From IMG/VR virus record IMGVR_UViG_3300020473_000025, positions 1 through 64,000 of that record: a stretch of DNA of 64,000 nucleotides; one strand, given 5' to 3'. The position numbers and the translations under genes were made by a program. Numbering within the stretch: position 1 is the first letter of the stretch; every line of letters starts with the position of its first letter. The notes under the pieces were generated by a model. The model saw nothing but the letters and a program-made list of their open reading frames with translations, ran no database searches and was not told the DNA's origin. Positions 10,277 through 21,195 of this stretch are shown piece after piece. Origin of the DNA: a virus. Taxonomy: Duplodnaviria > Caudoviricetes.

Positions 10277-11197
10277 ATGTACAGATCTAGCTATAATACC
10301 ATGGTTACAAGTAACTATCGTCGCGATAAACTTCAACAGCAGATAGAAGCGGCTATAGTTAAAAATGAATTAACCCAGGTGCACGCATCAAAGAATACGC
10401 CACTTTACATTATAACTCCAGAGGTAAAAGATGTAGATGCTTTTGCTCATCCTTTGTCGGTCACCATGTCAACACGTGATGATCAGACCGCGTTTGTAAT
10501 CGACACGCGTCCTTTTGTAAAGGGAACAACTGATGGTTTCTCTGTAAAAGATACGTTGGATTACGAAGCGTTAAATGCACGTGCTATGTTAGAAATTGTA
10601 ATGTTTGAAGACGGCCACGCCAAAGAACTATACCTAGCAGGTGATGCGCCTATGTGGGCAATGGTTAACTGGTTAGCTAACCGTATCTCTGCTAACATTG
10701 GATTGGACCCAGTGTCGCAAGTAAATCTGCAAATCATCATTGCACTACATTACGTGGGGATGCATGGTTTCATGGCAGACGATCTTAGCGATTCTGATAG
10801 AGGTCGTATTGCAACACGTATTGGTCGTGTGTTGCGCATGCCGGTTGATAAGGTATTAGAGATCTGGGGTGAGCGAGCGCTAACAGGTCAACTTGCTCAG
10901 ACCGTAAACTTTGCCCATGAGCGCATTGAATCATCACGTATTAAACTGCTAACTCCGGCCATGATTCTTCAACTTGCTACCGGTACCTCAGGATGGCGCG
11001 GCGCGCATGCACGTGAAGTAGTTGGCGTAGCGTTGGAGCACGCACCTACGTGGCACTTCATGGTGTATGCGGCTATTAACAGCAATGCTTATAAGCGTTC
11101 TGCGGTTAGCGAACTACTCTATAAACAGTATAGAGATAAAGACGCCCTTAGTACTTATAGTAAAACGCTGGGTCTATTGGCTAACGGTGAGCGATAA
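10277..11197 (+). CDS. Virion structural protein (phiKZ gp28-like)
   Basis: Divergent from the sheath gene as in phiKZ-like phages; AAGGA RBS. Confidence 0.6.
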   Translation: MYRSSYNTMVTSNYRRDKLQQQIEAAIVKNELTQVHASKNTPLYIITPEVKDVDAFAHPLSVTMSTRDDQTAFVIDTRPFVKGTTDGFSVKDTLDYEALNARAMLEIVMFEDGHAKELYLAGDAPMWAMVNWLANRISANIGLDPVSQVNLQIIIALHYVGMHGFMADDLSDSDRGRIATRIGRVLRMPVDKVLEIWGERALTGQLAQTVNFAHERIESSRIKLLTPAMILQLATGTSGWRGAHAREVVGVALEHAPTWHFMVYAAINSNAYKRSAVSELLYKQYRDKDALSTYSKTLGLLANGER

Positions 11198-11238
11198 GAT
11201 CGCTCCCTGTTTCTTTAAACTAACAGGAGCATCCTCAC

Positions 11239-13836
11239 GTGTTAGACTTTTTAAGTAATTACGGATATAAACACATGTGGTGTAATCCTTTCATGGATAC
11301 GCCTTCTGTGTTTCAGCCCCACCGTTTAAGTGACAAACGCGGTGTAAAAGAAACAATACGTCTACCGTGGGATACTCAAAGACTACCCACGGATAAAGAT
11401 ACTTATCACGTTTACAAAATAGGTCAACTTCCACCTAGTACTTTTGGTATACAGACTTCAATTAGTCAGTGGACCGACCTTGCTACGGTGGCTAGTGAGA
11501 ACAACTTATTAATTGACCTGTATGTTCAAAACGGTAGAGTGTTGGCTAAGTCGCTTGCTTACATCATGGTGAGTAAAAACAGAACAGTCATCATTGCAGT
11601 AAGGGCACACAAAAGCCTACCCCTACTTAATGAACAGCGTCTTTACGTTAGATTTTATCACAACAGTTATATTAGTTCAGATAGAAGCACCCCCCATCCA
11701 AATGCGTTTATCCATATAGAAGGTGGTATTGTCGATACACCTCAAAATAGATTGACGTTGCTTAATGCTTTTTATAACTACCAAAACGAGCCAGGCCATG
11801 TTCGTCTGATGAAAAACGGCTACGAGTATGGATATTTAGCGCCTGCTGACGTAGAGCTTGATGATGTCATTGAGTTTACCTATCAAAGTACGGTGACACG
11901 TGTAGTAGATTTCCTAATAAAAGATCTTCCTACGTTTCATTCAACGCTAGATAGTAAACTTAAGTATTTGTTACACCCGCCTAAGAGTACGGTTAACCGT
12001 ATCGCCTATCATGACGATATTGACATTCTTTTACTAGTACCGTCAGAGACCCGTGCAGATAAATTCAAAGGTGTGTATTATCACTTTAACACCAGAGAAG
12101 CTATCCGCATGGTAACACATCACGATTACAGCATCCCTAGTATTCATGTTGATGCATTTTTAAACGATCACAACGAGTGGTTAAACACAAACAATGCTAT
12201 TTTGCGTTTGCATATTAAAGAGTCAGGCTACGACCGTCCTTTAGTCTTAGAAGACAACCGTATACATGAGATGTACAAGCTAGATGATGATGCAATTGTT
12301 AATGTGTTAACGGGTGTCAATTCAAGCGTTAATGTGTGGAACGCTGCTCACCTAGAAGCATCGTCTTACCCCGCTATCATGCGTTATGAGGAAGTGTCTG
12401 GTGAAGTACCACGAGTTATTGACTCTACGCCGTTCACGGATTTAGTGGTTGATACGCTAGGTTACAATGCCCTAGTCAAAGTACTAGGCGATTCACCTGT
12501 GGAAACGGTAGAAGACGGTGGTGTAGATGAGGTTAAATTACCTGTCTTATATCAGTCTGATGCCACGGTATACGAATATACTGGGGAGGGTCGCTTACTT
12601 GGGTTTTATTACCATGCACAGGGAACGGAGTATTACCCCCGTCATCCTGAAACTAAGCGTGTGGAAATGGTTCGAGGAAAGATGTCAAAGGACATCGATC
12701 AGGATCTAAATTACACGTATGTCGACCACGACGTAAATAAAGAATATCGCTTTTATGTACTAACGGCGGTAGACGAGTCAGAGGTTGAGGGTGAGTGGGT
12801 TGACGTAACCGGCGATGACACTTATTACGCGGTTGAAGATGATCGAATTATCTGGAAAGTTGATACACGTTTATCGACACCGTTAGTGCGTAGTAATGCT
12901 GAGGGGTTAGGCTTTAGCGTCCCTCTCAATGTAACTGCTGGTGTGATTACGGTACCTTTGGTAGCCAACTTTAATAAAGATGGTGAAGAGGTAACTAACG
13001 AACCTATCGTATTGCCGTTTGGTAAAGTTGACGTGTGGTTAAATGGTTATCCGTTGATACGCAAGATTGATTACCATGTAACGGATAGTAATATCGTAGT
13101 CATTACAAACAAATCATGGGTAGTGGAAGGTCAACAACAGCTAGTTACGGTAAGGGCATCGGGACATCTAACGCCAGGGATGGGTGAGGATGTCGACTAT
13201 GAGATTGGGCATATCCGCCACGGTAAGCTTTCACGTAACAATCGTTTTGATGTACGTGATGATCGCTCTTTTCGTGTAGTTGCTAACGGGGCGTTAAAAG
13301 TTCCTAGTGAATTAAGTTTCGCTGAGGATGATAGCTCGGTTAACATTGCTGATGTGAGGGAAGGTGCGCCTTACATTATCGAGTATAACCACCCCCCTAT
13401 GTGGGAGTTGAAAGATCATCGTAATTACGTTAATCGCGAGTCGGCGGCGGTTATAGATAATCAACTGTCTAACTTACTTAGCGATCTATTACCAGAAGCG
13501 CAGTTATCAGCCCCTATAGCGGTCGCAGAGCGTTATGTTCTGTATAGTCCGCTAATGAGTGCCATGATAATAGATATGGTCAACAAACGACTTACAGCGC
13601 TTGATGGAAGAATGACCGATAAAGATATTGAAGGTATTGTTCATCCTTATTTGGTCTACCTCCCGTATGATCCAACGCAATTAGATCTGGCTAAAGATCT
13701 AGTATCCATCCATCCACATTGTTATCGTGAGGTTGTATCGGTGACAATCCATGAATACTCCGTATTGGATCGTATTTCTCGTTTATATTTAAACGGGCGA
13801 GTTGACTTAACACAATTTGTCTGTGTAGGAGCTTAA
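11239..13836 (+). CDS. Virion structural/baseplate protein (phiKZ gp27-like)
   Basis: 865 aa; N-terminal MWCNP; GTG start with AGGAG RBS; synteny. Confidence 0.65.
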   Translation: MLDFLSNYGYKHMWCNPFMDTPSVFQPHRLSDKRGVKETIRLPWDTQRLPTDKDTYHVYKIGQLPPSTFGIQTSISQWTDLATVASENNLLIDLYVQNGRVLAKSLAYIMVSKNRTVIIAVRAHKSLPLLNEQRLYVRFYHNSYISSDRSTPHPNAFIHIEGGIVDTPQNRLTLLNAFYNYQNEPGHVRLMKNGYEYGYLAPADVELDDVIEFTYQSTVTRVVDFLIKDLPTFHSTLDSKLKYLLHPPKSTVNRIAYHDDIDILLLVPSETRADKFKGVYYHFNTREAIRMVTHHDYSIPSIHVDAFLNDHNEWLNTNNAILRLHIKESGYDRPLVLEDNRIHEMYKLDDDAIVNVLTGVNSSVNVWNAAHLEASSYPAIMRYEEVSGEVPRVIDSTPFTDLVVDTLGYNALVKVLGDSPVETVEDGGVDEVKLPVLYQSDATVYEYTGEGRLLGFYYHAQGTEYYPRHPETKRVEMVRGKMSKDIDQDLNYTYVDHDVNKEYRFYVLTAVDESEVEGEWVDVTGDDTYYAVEDDRIIWKVDTRLSTPLVRSNAEGLGFSVPLNVTAGVITVPLVANFNKDGEEVTNEPIVLPFGKVDVWLNGYPLIRKIDYHVTDSNIVVITNKSWVVEGQQQLVTVRASGHLTPGMGEDVDYEIGHIRHGKLSRNNRFDVRDDRSFRVVANGALKVPSELSFAEDDSSVNIADVREGAPYIIEYNHPPMWELKDHRNYVNRESAAVIDNQLSNLLSDLLPEAQLSAPIAVAERYVLYSPLMSAMIIDMVNKRLTALDGRMTDKDIEGIVHPYLVYLPYDPTQLDLAKDLVSIHPHCYREVVSVTIHEYSVLDRISRLYLNGRVDLTQFVCVGA

Positions 13837-13841
13837 CTGTT

Positions 13842-15536
13842 ATGTTAAATGAATCAGCCCCGGTCTTTAATGTAGACCTTAATCGCGGGTTTCGTATCTG
13901 GCATATTAGTGAAATATATCAGATCGGCCAGGAGGACACAGACGGTGTCAACAACCACGTCCCTAATGTAGACGACATGGTGGTGGATTGGACGCGTGGT
14001 ATTTTGCGCGTCACTTACATCAATCTTCAAACCGGCGAAAGTCGTTTAGAGATTTGGCGTGTACCTACAGAAACAGGTATTGCAGATAGAGATATTATCT
14101 TGGGTCTTGCTCCTGGATCTATCACCGAACATTATCGTGTTTATGTGGATAGCTCGGTTGTACCTCACGTCATGTCGTTTGATAGTCGCCTGCATATTTA
14201 CGGTAGCAATGTATCGCATGTTAAGGTGTTTAAAGGACATGATATCGATGATAAGACAGGTGTTGTCATTTCAGCTCGCTATGATCAAAATGGCGTGTTG
14301 ATCTCTGATAACATTGAAGTGGTAGATGTGGTACCCGCCGAGGATAACAATCCAGCAATCAAACAACCACGCACTGCTCACTCATCGATTGAAGTTACTG
14401 ATGGTGAGGTGTTGACACTAGTAGCGTATAATCAAAACTCATCAGTTGCTGCAGTATCGCGCTTGCTTGCTAAAAACACATCGTTCATTAAAGCATCGGC
14501 AGCGGCTACTGAATACATTGTTGATGTGTATATTGAATCGCCGTTTCTATCCAAGACGCTTCAAAACACACTCCATTACCCACACAACCTACCATTAAAT
14601 TCAATGAACCTGGTAGGGGTGGTGAAGTACAACAATGGGCGTAAGGTGCGTTATCCGATTAACAATCAATCTCGCATGCGTTTATTCGGTATTGAAAACT
14701 ACATTCCGTCAGTGGTTGGTCAGTCAGTGCCGTTGGTGTTGTCGTACCGTTTAGACAGTGATGAGACAACGTTCTCTCATTCCTTTAAAAATGGTGCTAT
14801 CTCAATTCCATATAAAGCAATCACTACCGATGAAGATTTACGCTACAACGTGAAACTCTACGTGGTGCCTAAGTGGATAAGCGACTCGGTGGGGTATACG
14901 TTAGAGTATTACCTCTATTCGATGGAGCGTGATATTGCAATTAATGTCACGCAGTATGTTGAGACTGATGCTACACAGACCACATCGTTTAATCCGACGC
15001 TTTATGGTGCACTTCAGAAGCTTGTTGTGGTAATTCAACTTAAAGATGTTGATAGCACTTATCAGAGCTACAGGCACGTGCAGCGCTTTAACATTACGTT
15101 GTTGGGTCGACCTCACACCACTGATGCACCTTATCTCATTGATTACAACGCAGATGGTGATTTGGTCTACGGTGTAGGTCTGTTTGCCCATACGTGTCGT
15201 GATGGTGATGATCCCTCTAAGTGGAATATTGATATCTCGCAAGGTGAGATTGACACCCATAAGTGGCTGCAGAAGATGTACGCCAACATCGACCCGCTGG
15301 TTATTCGTGAAGAGGAAGCAGAAGCGCCTATTCCAAACCATATGTTAGTCACGATTGATAATGATGAATTCCTCATCCCTATCGAAGATTACCGTGAGCT
15401 AATTCAGGTTGATTTTGAGCCAAATGTTAACTGTATGCTTACTATCCAATGGATACGTCAAACACCTACTAATGATCTCCATCTAGGTATTAGCAGTTTA
15501 AATATTGTTAATGATGAAGACAACGACGTGGGTTAA
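13842..15536 (+). CDS. Virion structural/baseplate protein (phiKZ gp26-like)
   Basis: 564 aa beta-rich ORF; N-terminal W..SEIY...VPNVDD.V.D; synteny. Confidence 0.6.
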   Translation: MLNESAPVFNVDLNRGFRIWHISEIYQIGQEDTDGVNNHVPNVDDMVVDWTRGILRVTYINLQTGESRLEIWRVPTETGIADRDIILGLAPGSITEHYRVYVDSSVVPHVMSFDSRLHIYGSNVSHVKVFKGHDIDDKTGVVISARYDQNGVLISDNIEVVDVVPAEDNNPAIKQPRTAHSSIEVTDGEVLTLVAYNQNSSVAAVSRLLAKNTSFIKASAAATEYIVDVYIESPFLSKTLQNTLHYPHNLPLNSMNLVGVVKYNNGRKVRYPINNQSRMRLFGIENYIPSVVGQSVPLVLSYRLDSDETTFSHSFKNGAISIPYKAITTDEDLRYNVKLYVVPKWISDSVGYTLEYYLYSMERDIAINVTQYVETDATQTTSFNPTLYGALQKLVVVIQLKDVDSTYQSYRHVQRFNITLLGRPHTTDAPYLIDYNADGDLVYGVGLFAHTCRDGDDPSKWNIDISQGEIDTHKWLQKMYANIDPLVIREEEAEAPIPNHMLVTIDNDEFLIPIEDYRELIQVDFEPNVNCMLTIQWIRQTPTNDLHLGISSLNIVNDEDNDVG

Positions 15537-15590
15537 CCGCATAAAAGCCTAACCACCTAGCCGTGAGGCCGGGTGGTTAGCTTATGCCGT
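15537..15590. terminator. Bidirectional hairpin element
   Basis: CCGCATA...CTAACCACC-loop-GGTGGTTAG-CT-TATGCCGT between convergent genes. Confidence 0.7.
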
Positions 15591-15593
15591 AGT

Positions 15594-16733
15594 TTATTTA
15601 TTATACGCTTCGGTGGCTTTAATTGCACCTTTGGTTACGCGATCTAACTGATCAGCAAGACCTGTTATGTAGCGAGATATCTTAACCGCTGGAACAGTTA
15701 CTGCCGTGTTAACGCGTGCACCTAAGCGCATAAAGCTTTGTGCGTATACTGAATCGTTAGACTTACTATCAAATTTACTAATTCGATTTTCTAACGTCTT
15801 GCTAACGCCGTTGTCTTTAGCACTATTAAGGTGGTTGTTAAGATTCGCATACGTAGCCTTACCAGCCACTGCTTCTAACGCTGCCATAGCCTCAGCCGCT
15901 GTTGTCATTAGAGAAAGATCTTTATATTCTTTCTCTTCTTTCTTAAAGAAGAAAACAGGTTGAGATTGTCTGAAGTCAACTACTAAGCGAGCATTACCAG
16001 GTAGAATGTCTTTAGACTCGTAACCATCACCGTACTTACGCATGGGGATATACTTCATGATTACGTTTTCTACAAGGTCATCAATAGCTTCTTCAACAGC
16101 AATGATTGACTTAGCGTCTTCTGCTTTAGTAAAGGCGGCAGCGATCTTTTCACCTTCTGCAGTCAGCGCCTTAGATAGATCGATTAAAGCACGACTCACC
16201 TCGACTACATTATCCAGGTTAATTTCATCTTCAATGGCGAGTGCTTCAAGGTTAGCGTCGACGCTGACTTGGATGTCGGCCTTTTCAAGATCTTTGAATT
16301 GCTTCAATCGATTCTTTAAACGCTCCTGCATGTCTTCACCGCGCGAGGCGAGTTTCAAGACCCAGATGACTACAGTTGCAACAGCCATTTCAATGGCTTT
16401 CTTAATCGTTTTGTAGATACGTTCAATGGTTTCAGTGACCTTATTTTCAGTCGACACGTCTAGTGCCTCTAATCCAACTTGACTAGCAAGACCGGTCAAC
16501 GCAGTTTTAGTTAGAGGTTCGTGGTATTGGGCAGGGTCAGTACAGGCCGCATGAATGGCTTCTAAACCTTTAGCTACACCTAGTAATGTGTCAGCGTCTT
16601 CAAGATGCTGTTCAAATTCCATATCGATAATTTGCTCGTTGATTTCTTCAACATCGTAAGAGACAGTGGATTCTTGACTTACAGTAGGGGCCGGGGTGTT
16701 AATGGATAAAAGTGATGAGGTGCGCGTAGACAT
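15594..16733 (-). CDS. Putative internal head protein with propeptide (paralog of 16743-17789)
   Basis: Acidic N-terminus with GLE/STE sites matching the S/A/G-x-E protease motif; shares blocks with its neighbour. Confidence 0.6.
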   Translation of the reverse strand: MSTRTSSLLSINTPAPTVSQESTVSYDVEEINEQIIDMEFEQHLEDADTLLGVAKGLEAIHAACTDPAQYHEPLTKTALTGLASQVGLEALDVSTENKVTETIERIYKTIKKAIEMAVATVVIWVLKLASRGEDMQERLKNRLKQFKDLEKADIQVSVDANLEALAIEDEINLDNVVEVSRALIDLSKALTAEGEKIAAAFTKAEDAKSIIAVEEAIDDLVENVIMKYIPMRKYGDGYESKDILPGNARLVVDFRQSQPVFFFKKEEKEYKDLSLMTTAAEAMAALEAVAGKATYANLNNHLNSAKDNGVSKTLENRISKFDSKSNDSVYAQSFMRLGARVNTAVTVPAVKISRYITGLADQLDRVTKGAIKATEAYNK

Positions 16734-16742
16734 GTATTTCTC

Positions 16743-17789
16743 CTACTTCTTGTCTGGACTTTGGCGAGTTAGAATATCCAACAGTGACTCCAACTCTAAA
16801 ATAGTTGTAGTAAAGTAGCCAATGATGGTTCTAGGTGGTTTCTGAAGCATAGCGGCGATAGGTGCAGCCATCTTCAATAATTCAGTAGTGACGTCACGAT
16901 TGCCAGACATAATGTCAAAGTCAGTCTTCATTAACTTATCAACCTGACCAGCAAACTCTTGAACGTTCTTTGTCATTTTCAGCACATTTTCTAAATCTAA
17001 TAGATCAATAGCATCGGCGACATCTTTTGCCTTAAACGTCATTTCCTTTACTTCAACGCCTTCTGTTTGCAGAAAGGCAAAGTTAGGCACAGGGTGGGTG
17101 AGGTCCATGACAATACGGCGGTTACCAGGATAAACATCTTTAGAGGTATAAACATGTTTCTTACCTTCAAGCTTGTAATGCTTGAGTATGTAATCCATCA
17201 AGTCGTCTGATAATGTAGTCAACGCGTTAACGTCACCCATGCGTTTTGCATTATTAAACTTGTAGATTATCTTTTCGCTTGATGCTTTGATAGAAGGCAG
17301 TGGTGCTACTACAGATTGTAGACGCTTAACAACTTTATCAAGATCAACGGTATCCCCAATGGCCAATGATGTTAACTGAGTACCGTAAGGAATAGTGATA
17401 TCTACTTCTTCTTTTTCTTTAAGTTCTTTGTTGGTTTTCCGAAGTCTGCCCTTTAGCCCACGCAAGCGATCTAAGACTATTTCAGTCCAACGTACAATAA
17501 CTTCATAAGCACGTTTAAAGGTAGCTTTAATGGCTTTAATGATACGCTCTATGGTATCTGTCACTTTATCTTCTAAAGACACACCGTATGTGGCTATACC
17601 TAAAGATTCTATCTGGTGCTCAATAGCTATTTTAGCGACAGGTGAATTCCAGTCATCATGTTCTTTACACAGTGACGATATTTGTTCAAGTTGAATGCCT
17701 ATGTTAAATAACGACTGTAGATCGTTATCTAGTGATTCTAACGTGAGTGTTAAAAAAACCATTTCACGCGATACCTTAGTCTCTAACAT
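16743..17789 (-). CDS. Putative internal head protein with propeptide (paralog of 15594-16733)
   Basis: VSLE-DKVTDTIERI versus VSTE-NKVTETIERI; shared Y.SKD..PGN.R.V.D. Confidence 0.6.
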   Translation of the reverse strand: MLETKVSREMVFLTLTLESLDNDLQSLFNIGIQLEQISSLCKEHDDWNSPVAKIAIEHQIESLGIATYGVSLEDKVTDTIERIIKAIKATFKRAYEVIVRWTEIVLDRLRGLKGRLRKTNKELKEKEEVDITIPYGTQLTSLAIGDTVDLDKVVKRLQSVVAPLPSIKASSEKIIYKFNNAKRMGDVNALTTLSDDLMDYILKHYKLEGKKHVYTSKDVYPGNRRIVMDLTHPVPNFAFLQTEGVEVKEMTFKAKDVADAIDLLDLENVLKMTKNVQEFAGQVDKLMKTDFDIMSGNRDVTTELLKMAAPIAAMLQKPPRTIIGYFTTTILELESLLDILTRQSPDKK

Positions 17790-17908
17790 GACTATTTCTT
17801 CCTTAGGTCTATGGTGCTTGAGATCATAGATTATTAAGTCTGGCGTGTCGTATTAGACACTTACCATCAACCATTATGACTAACCTTTTTAACCAGTAAG
17901 TAACGAAT

Positions 17909-20053
17909 ATGATCAACTTCTTATCAGATTATAAAAAATATAAGAATTCTATAGTAGATTTAAATACTACTAATGAGTCGTTTCTTAGACTTGCCACTGT
18001 ATATAAAAAGATGGGAATCGAAAACAACGTCTTTCATCTAACGTTACTACAGCCTGAGCTACAGGGTATCGATCCATTTTCAGAAGAGCTAAGCCAAGAG
18101 CAGAAAGTAATGATCACCATGGAGTGTAAATATAACCCATGGTACTTTTTAAGAGAAGTGGTACGCATACCACCCCAATCAGGCAACACGCCCGTATCTT
18201 ATATTGCCAATAGAGGTAACATTGCATTAACGTGGTCATTTTTCAACCATATTGATTTTGGTCTCATACAGCCACGTCAAACGGGTAAATCGGTCTCTAC
18301 TGACTGTTTGATGACAAACCTAATATACCTATCCATGTTATCATCGCGTATCAACATGATAACTAAAGATGCTAACCTGCGCTCTGCTAACGTCGAACGT
18401 CTTAAACGTATCCGCGATCTATTGCCTCCTTATCTTATCGTTAAAGATAAGAGTGATGCTAATAACCAACATCTACTTACGTATAACACACTAGATAACA
18501 CGTACAGTACAGCGGTTGCTCAGTCGTCAGAGGCGGCTGCAATTAACGTAGGTCGTGGAACAACCGCACCTATCACTCAAGTGGATGAGGGGCCGTTTAT
18601 TCGTTTTATTGGTTCACTTATACCTGCAGCGTTAGCGGCCGGTACAGCAGCACGTGAAGAAGCTAAACGCAATAACCAACCATACGGTAACATCTTTACA
18701 ACAACCTCTGGTAAGAAAGATGACCGTGATGGTAAATACATGTACGACATGTTAACTGGTGGCGCGGTGTGGAATGAGGTCTTCCTAGACGCCGTAAATA
18801 TAGAAGATTTCCATCGTCTAGTCAGAATGAACTGTACTAACCATAAAGTTATTATTAACGGTACATTCTCACATCGTCAATTAGGTAAGAGTGACGACTG
18901 GCTATACCGCGCTATTGCCAACGCCAACGCCAAAGGTGAGGAAGCTGACCGTGATTTCTTTAACCGTTGGACTAGTGGCACGCAGCGTTCACCACTTACT
19001 ACTAAACAGAATAACACCATATTTGAGTCAGAACGTGAACCAGATCATACTGAAGTTACAGATGAAGGCTACATGATACGCTGGTACATACCTGAGTATC
19101 AAATAAACCAACGCATGGCGACAGGCAAATACGTAGCCGGTATGGATACTTCAGAGGGTGTGGGTCGAGACTCGATTACCATGGTGTTAGTGGATGTTAG
19201 AGATTTATCTGTTGTTGCCGCAATGGATATTAACGAAGCTAACATTATCCGCTTTAGTAAATGGGTAAGTTCATTCCTTATCGCTTATGAAAATGTAACC
19301 TTGGTTATTGAGCGTAAATCAACCGGGGTTGTCATTATAGATGCGTTGATGATTGAACTACCATCAGTCGGTATTGATCCCTTCAAGCGTTTGTATAACA
19401 CCATTGTCCAACACCATCTGGAACGTAAGACGGATTACGAGCGTATACTTAAAGATACACGCTATCGTGATGAATCGTTCTATATCAGCCATAAGACAGA
19501 CTTTGGGTTCTCTACTAACGCAAAGAGCCGTGAGTTGTTATTTGGTAACGTGTTGCAAAACGCAGCAACCAATGCGGGACACCTTGTAAAAGACACTACA
19601 TTATCGAGTCAATTGCGTGGTCTGGTAGAGAAGAATGGTCGAATAGACCACGAAGCATCGGGTAATGATGATTTGGTTATTGCTTGGCTATTGTCTGTCT
19701 GGTTCGTTACATTCGGTAATCACCTTGACTTCTACACTATCGATCCAGGTCAGTGTATGATATTAGTAGGTGAACGTTCTGGCAATGGCGATTATGATCG
19801 TGCTATTGCTGAAAAGAACAACCGTACCCGTAGCCGTATTGATCATGTGTTAGAAGAGATAACCCTCTGTCAGTCAGGCTTTAAACTTGCCCGTCTGGAA
19901 GCGGAACTTAAACAACTTACCTATCAGACTAAATCTGACGGGGGTGATATACTTAGCTTTGATGCGCTAATGAAACAAGCCAATGACCGCAAGAAAGCTA
20001 AGCGTTCGCAAACTAAGAACACCAGCAAATCTAGGGAACTACTATTTTGGTAG
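17909..20053 (+). CDS. terL: Terminase large subunit (phiKZ gp25-like)
   Basis: Walker A PRQTGKS, Walker B QVDEG, motif III TTT; nuclease motifs GMDTSEG, IERKSTG and NDDLVIAW. Confidence 0.93.
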   Translation: MINFLSDYKKYKNSIVDLNTTNESFLRLATVYKKMGIENNVFHLTLLQPELQGIDPFSEELSQEQKVMITMECKYNPWYFLREVVRIPPQSGNTPVSYIANRGNIALTWSFFNHIDFGLIQPRQTGKSVSTDCLMTNLIYLSMLSSRINMITKDANLRSANVERLKRIRDLLPPYLIVKDKSDANNQHLLTYNTLDNTYSTAVAQSSEAAAINVGRGTTAPITQVDEGPFIRFIGSLIPAALAAGTAAREEAKRNNQPYGNIFTTTSGKKDDRDGKYMYDMLTGGAVWNEVFLDAVNIEDFHRLVRMNCTNHKVIINGTFSHRQLGKSDDWLYRAIANANAKGEEADRDFFNRWTSGTQRSPLTTKQNNTIFESEREPDHTEVTDEGYMIRWYIPEYQINQRMATGKYVAGMDTSEGVGRDSITMVLVDVRDLSVVAAMDINEANIIRFSKWVSSFLIAYENVTLVIERKSTGVVIIDALMIELPSVGIDPFKRLYNTIVQHHLERKTDYERILKDTRYRDESFYISHKTDFGFSTNAKSRELLFGNVLQNAATNAGHLVKDTTLSSQLRGLVEKNGRIDHEASGNDDLVIAWLLSVWFVTFGNHLDFYTIDPGQCMILVGERSGNGDYDRAIAEKNNRTRSRIDHVLEEITLCQSGFKLARLEAELKQLTYQTKSDGGDILSFDALMKQANDRKKAKRSQTKNTSKSRELLFW

Positions 20054-20103
20054 TCCCTACCAACATTTAAACCTTTACCAAGTTAAACAAAAAAAGGATA
20101 ACC

Positions 20104-21141
20104 ATGAGCTTACTTAACGAAGTACGTATTACCATCGACCGCAATCGAGAAGAGACCGTTGATATCTGTAAGAAAGAAGCTATCTATAAACCGCATTTGC
20201 GCTTACTGGTGTTAATGCGTCAAGAGCAGGGTATCATTGAAGATCCATCGATGAGTGACATTGACCAGTGTCTAGTGATGGATAAGATGTTCTTTGAACG
20301 TCATCTTAAAGACATCAAGATCAATTCAGATCGCATCCTAACACATCTAGCAGAAGTCCACAAGTCCAAGTGGTACCTTCGCCTACCTAGTTGGTTAGAT
20401 ATCCCTAGAATGCTTGTCGTAGCCGATAAAGAGTATAACGACCAGGTACGCATGGACGTTCAAACTCCTTACTTTGAGTTAGAACAAATCCCAAGCCTAT
20501 CTACCGTCATCTCACACGTTCAACCGTCTAATTACCATGTTGAAGATGTATTGACACCGTTTGGTGAAGTAAAGACTACAGTTAAGATTACACCACCTCT
20601 TGACCTTAGCCAGATCTTGTCTATCTTCCATACAGTGTCGACGCTTAAATGCGAGTATACGAAAGAGCCAATTGGAAACCAGGGTTTATCTCTATCTCAG
20701 GAAGAGCTTAACTTTATTCAAGATGGCACACTGCCAGAAAACATTAGCGTATTACGTGAACTAGCTACAATAGCTACATCGGCAACACCTTATACAGCAA
20801 GTTTATATTTCTTCCTACGTCGCTTTAAAGCACTAGATGATATAGACGCATACCAGCTTATTAGCTATAAGAGCCAGTGTATGGATAAAGACGCTAAAGC
20901 GGCAATCATGGTGCGCGAGAAGAATAAGACATTCCTTACATCGCGTCAAATTAAGAATGCGCTTAAGAAGCTGTGTTCACACTACGCCTTTGCAGCAGAT
21001 ATCGATCAAAAGGCGCTATATGCTCAGGACTACGAAATGTTTAATACACTTCGTTTTCACAACAAACCCTACGAAGCATTGTTAGAGTATCACCGCGAGA
21101 CTGATTACCTAACTGAAGCTTTAAAACGACAAGCAGCATAA
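20104..21141 (+). CDS. Hypothetical protein
   Basis: 345 aa ORF with AAGGA RBS. Confidence 0.7.
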   Translation: MSLLNEVRITIDRNREETVDICKKEAIYKPHLRLLVLMRQEQGIIEDPSMSDIDQCLVMDKMFFERHLKDIKINSDRILTHLAEVHKSKWYLRLPSWLDIPRMLVVADKEYNDQVRMDVQTPYFELEQIPSLSTVISHVQPSNYHVEDVLTPFGEVKTTVKITPPLDLSQILSIFHTVSTLKCEYTKEPIGNQGLSLSQEELNFIQDGTLPENISVLRELATIATSATPYTASLYFFLRRFKALDDIDAYQLISYKSQCMDKDAKAAIMVREKNKTFLTSRQIKNALKKLCSHYAFAADIDQKALYAQDYEMFNTLRFHNKPYEALLEYHRETDYLTEALKRQAA

Positions 21142-21143
21142 CA

Positions 21144-21195
21144 ACGGCATAACCTACCTCTACCCGTCAAAAGGTAGAGGTAGGGTCTCTATGCC
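21144..21195. terminator. Bidirectional hairpin element
   Basis: ACGGCATA-A-CCTACCTCTACC-loop-GGTAGAGGTAGG...TATGCC between convergent genes. Confidence 0.7.

Noticed and set aside
15706-16416. Two antisense ORFs (85 and 124 aa) over the head-protein gene
   Set aside because: Ser/Leu-rich shadow frames of a biased coding strand, with no RBS.
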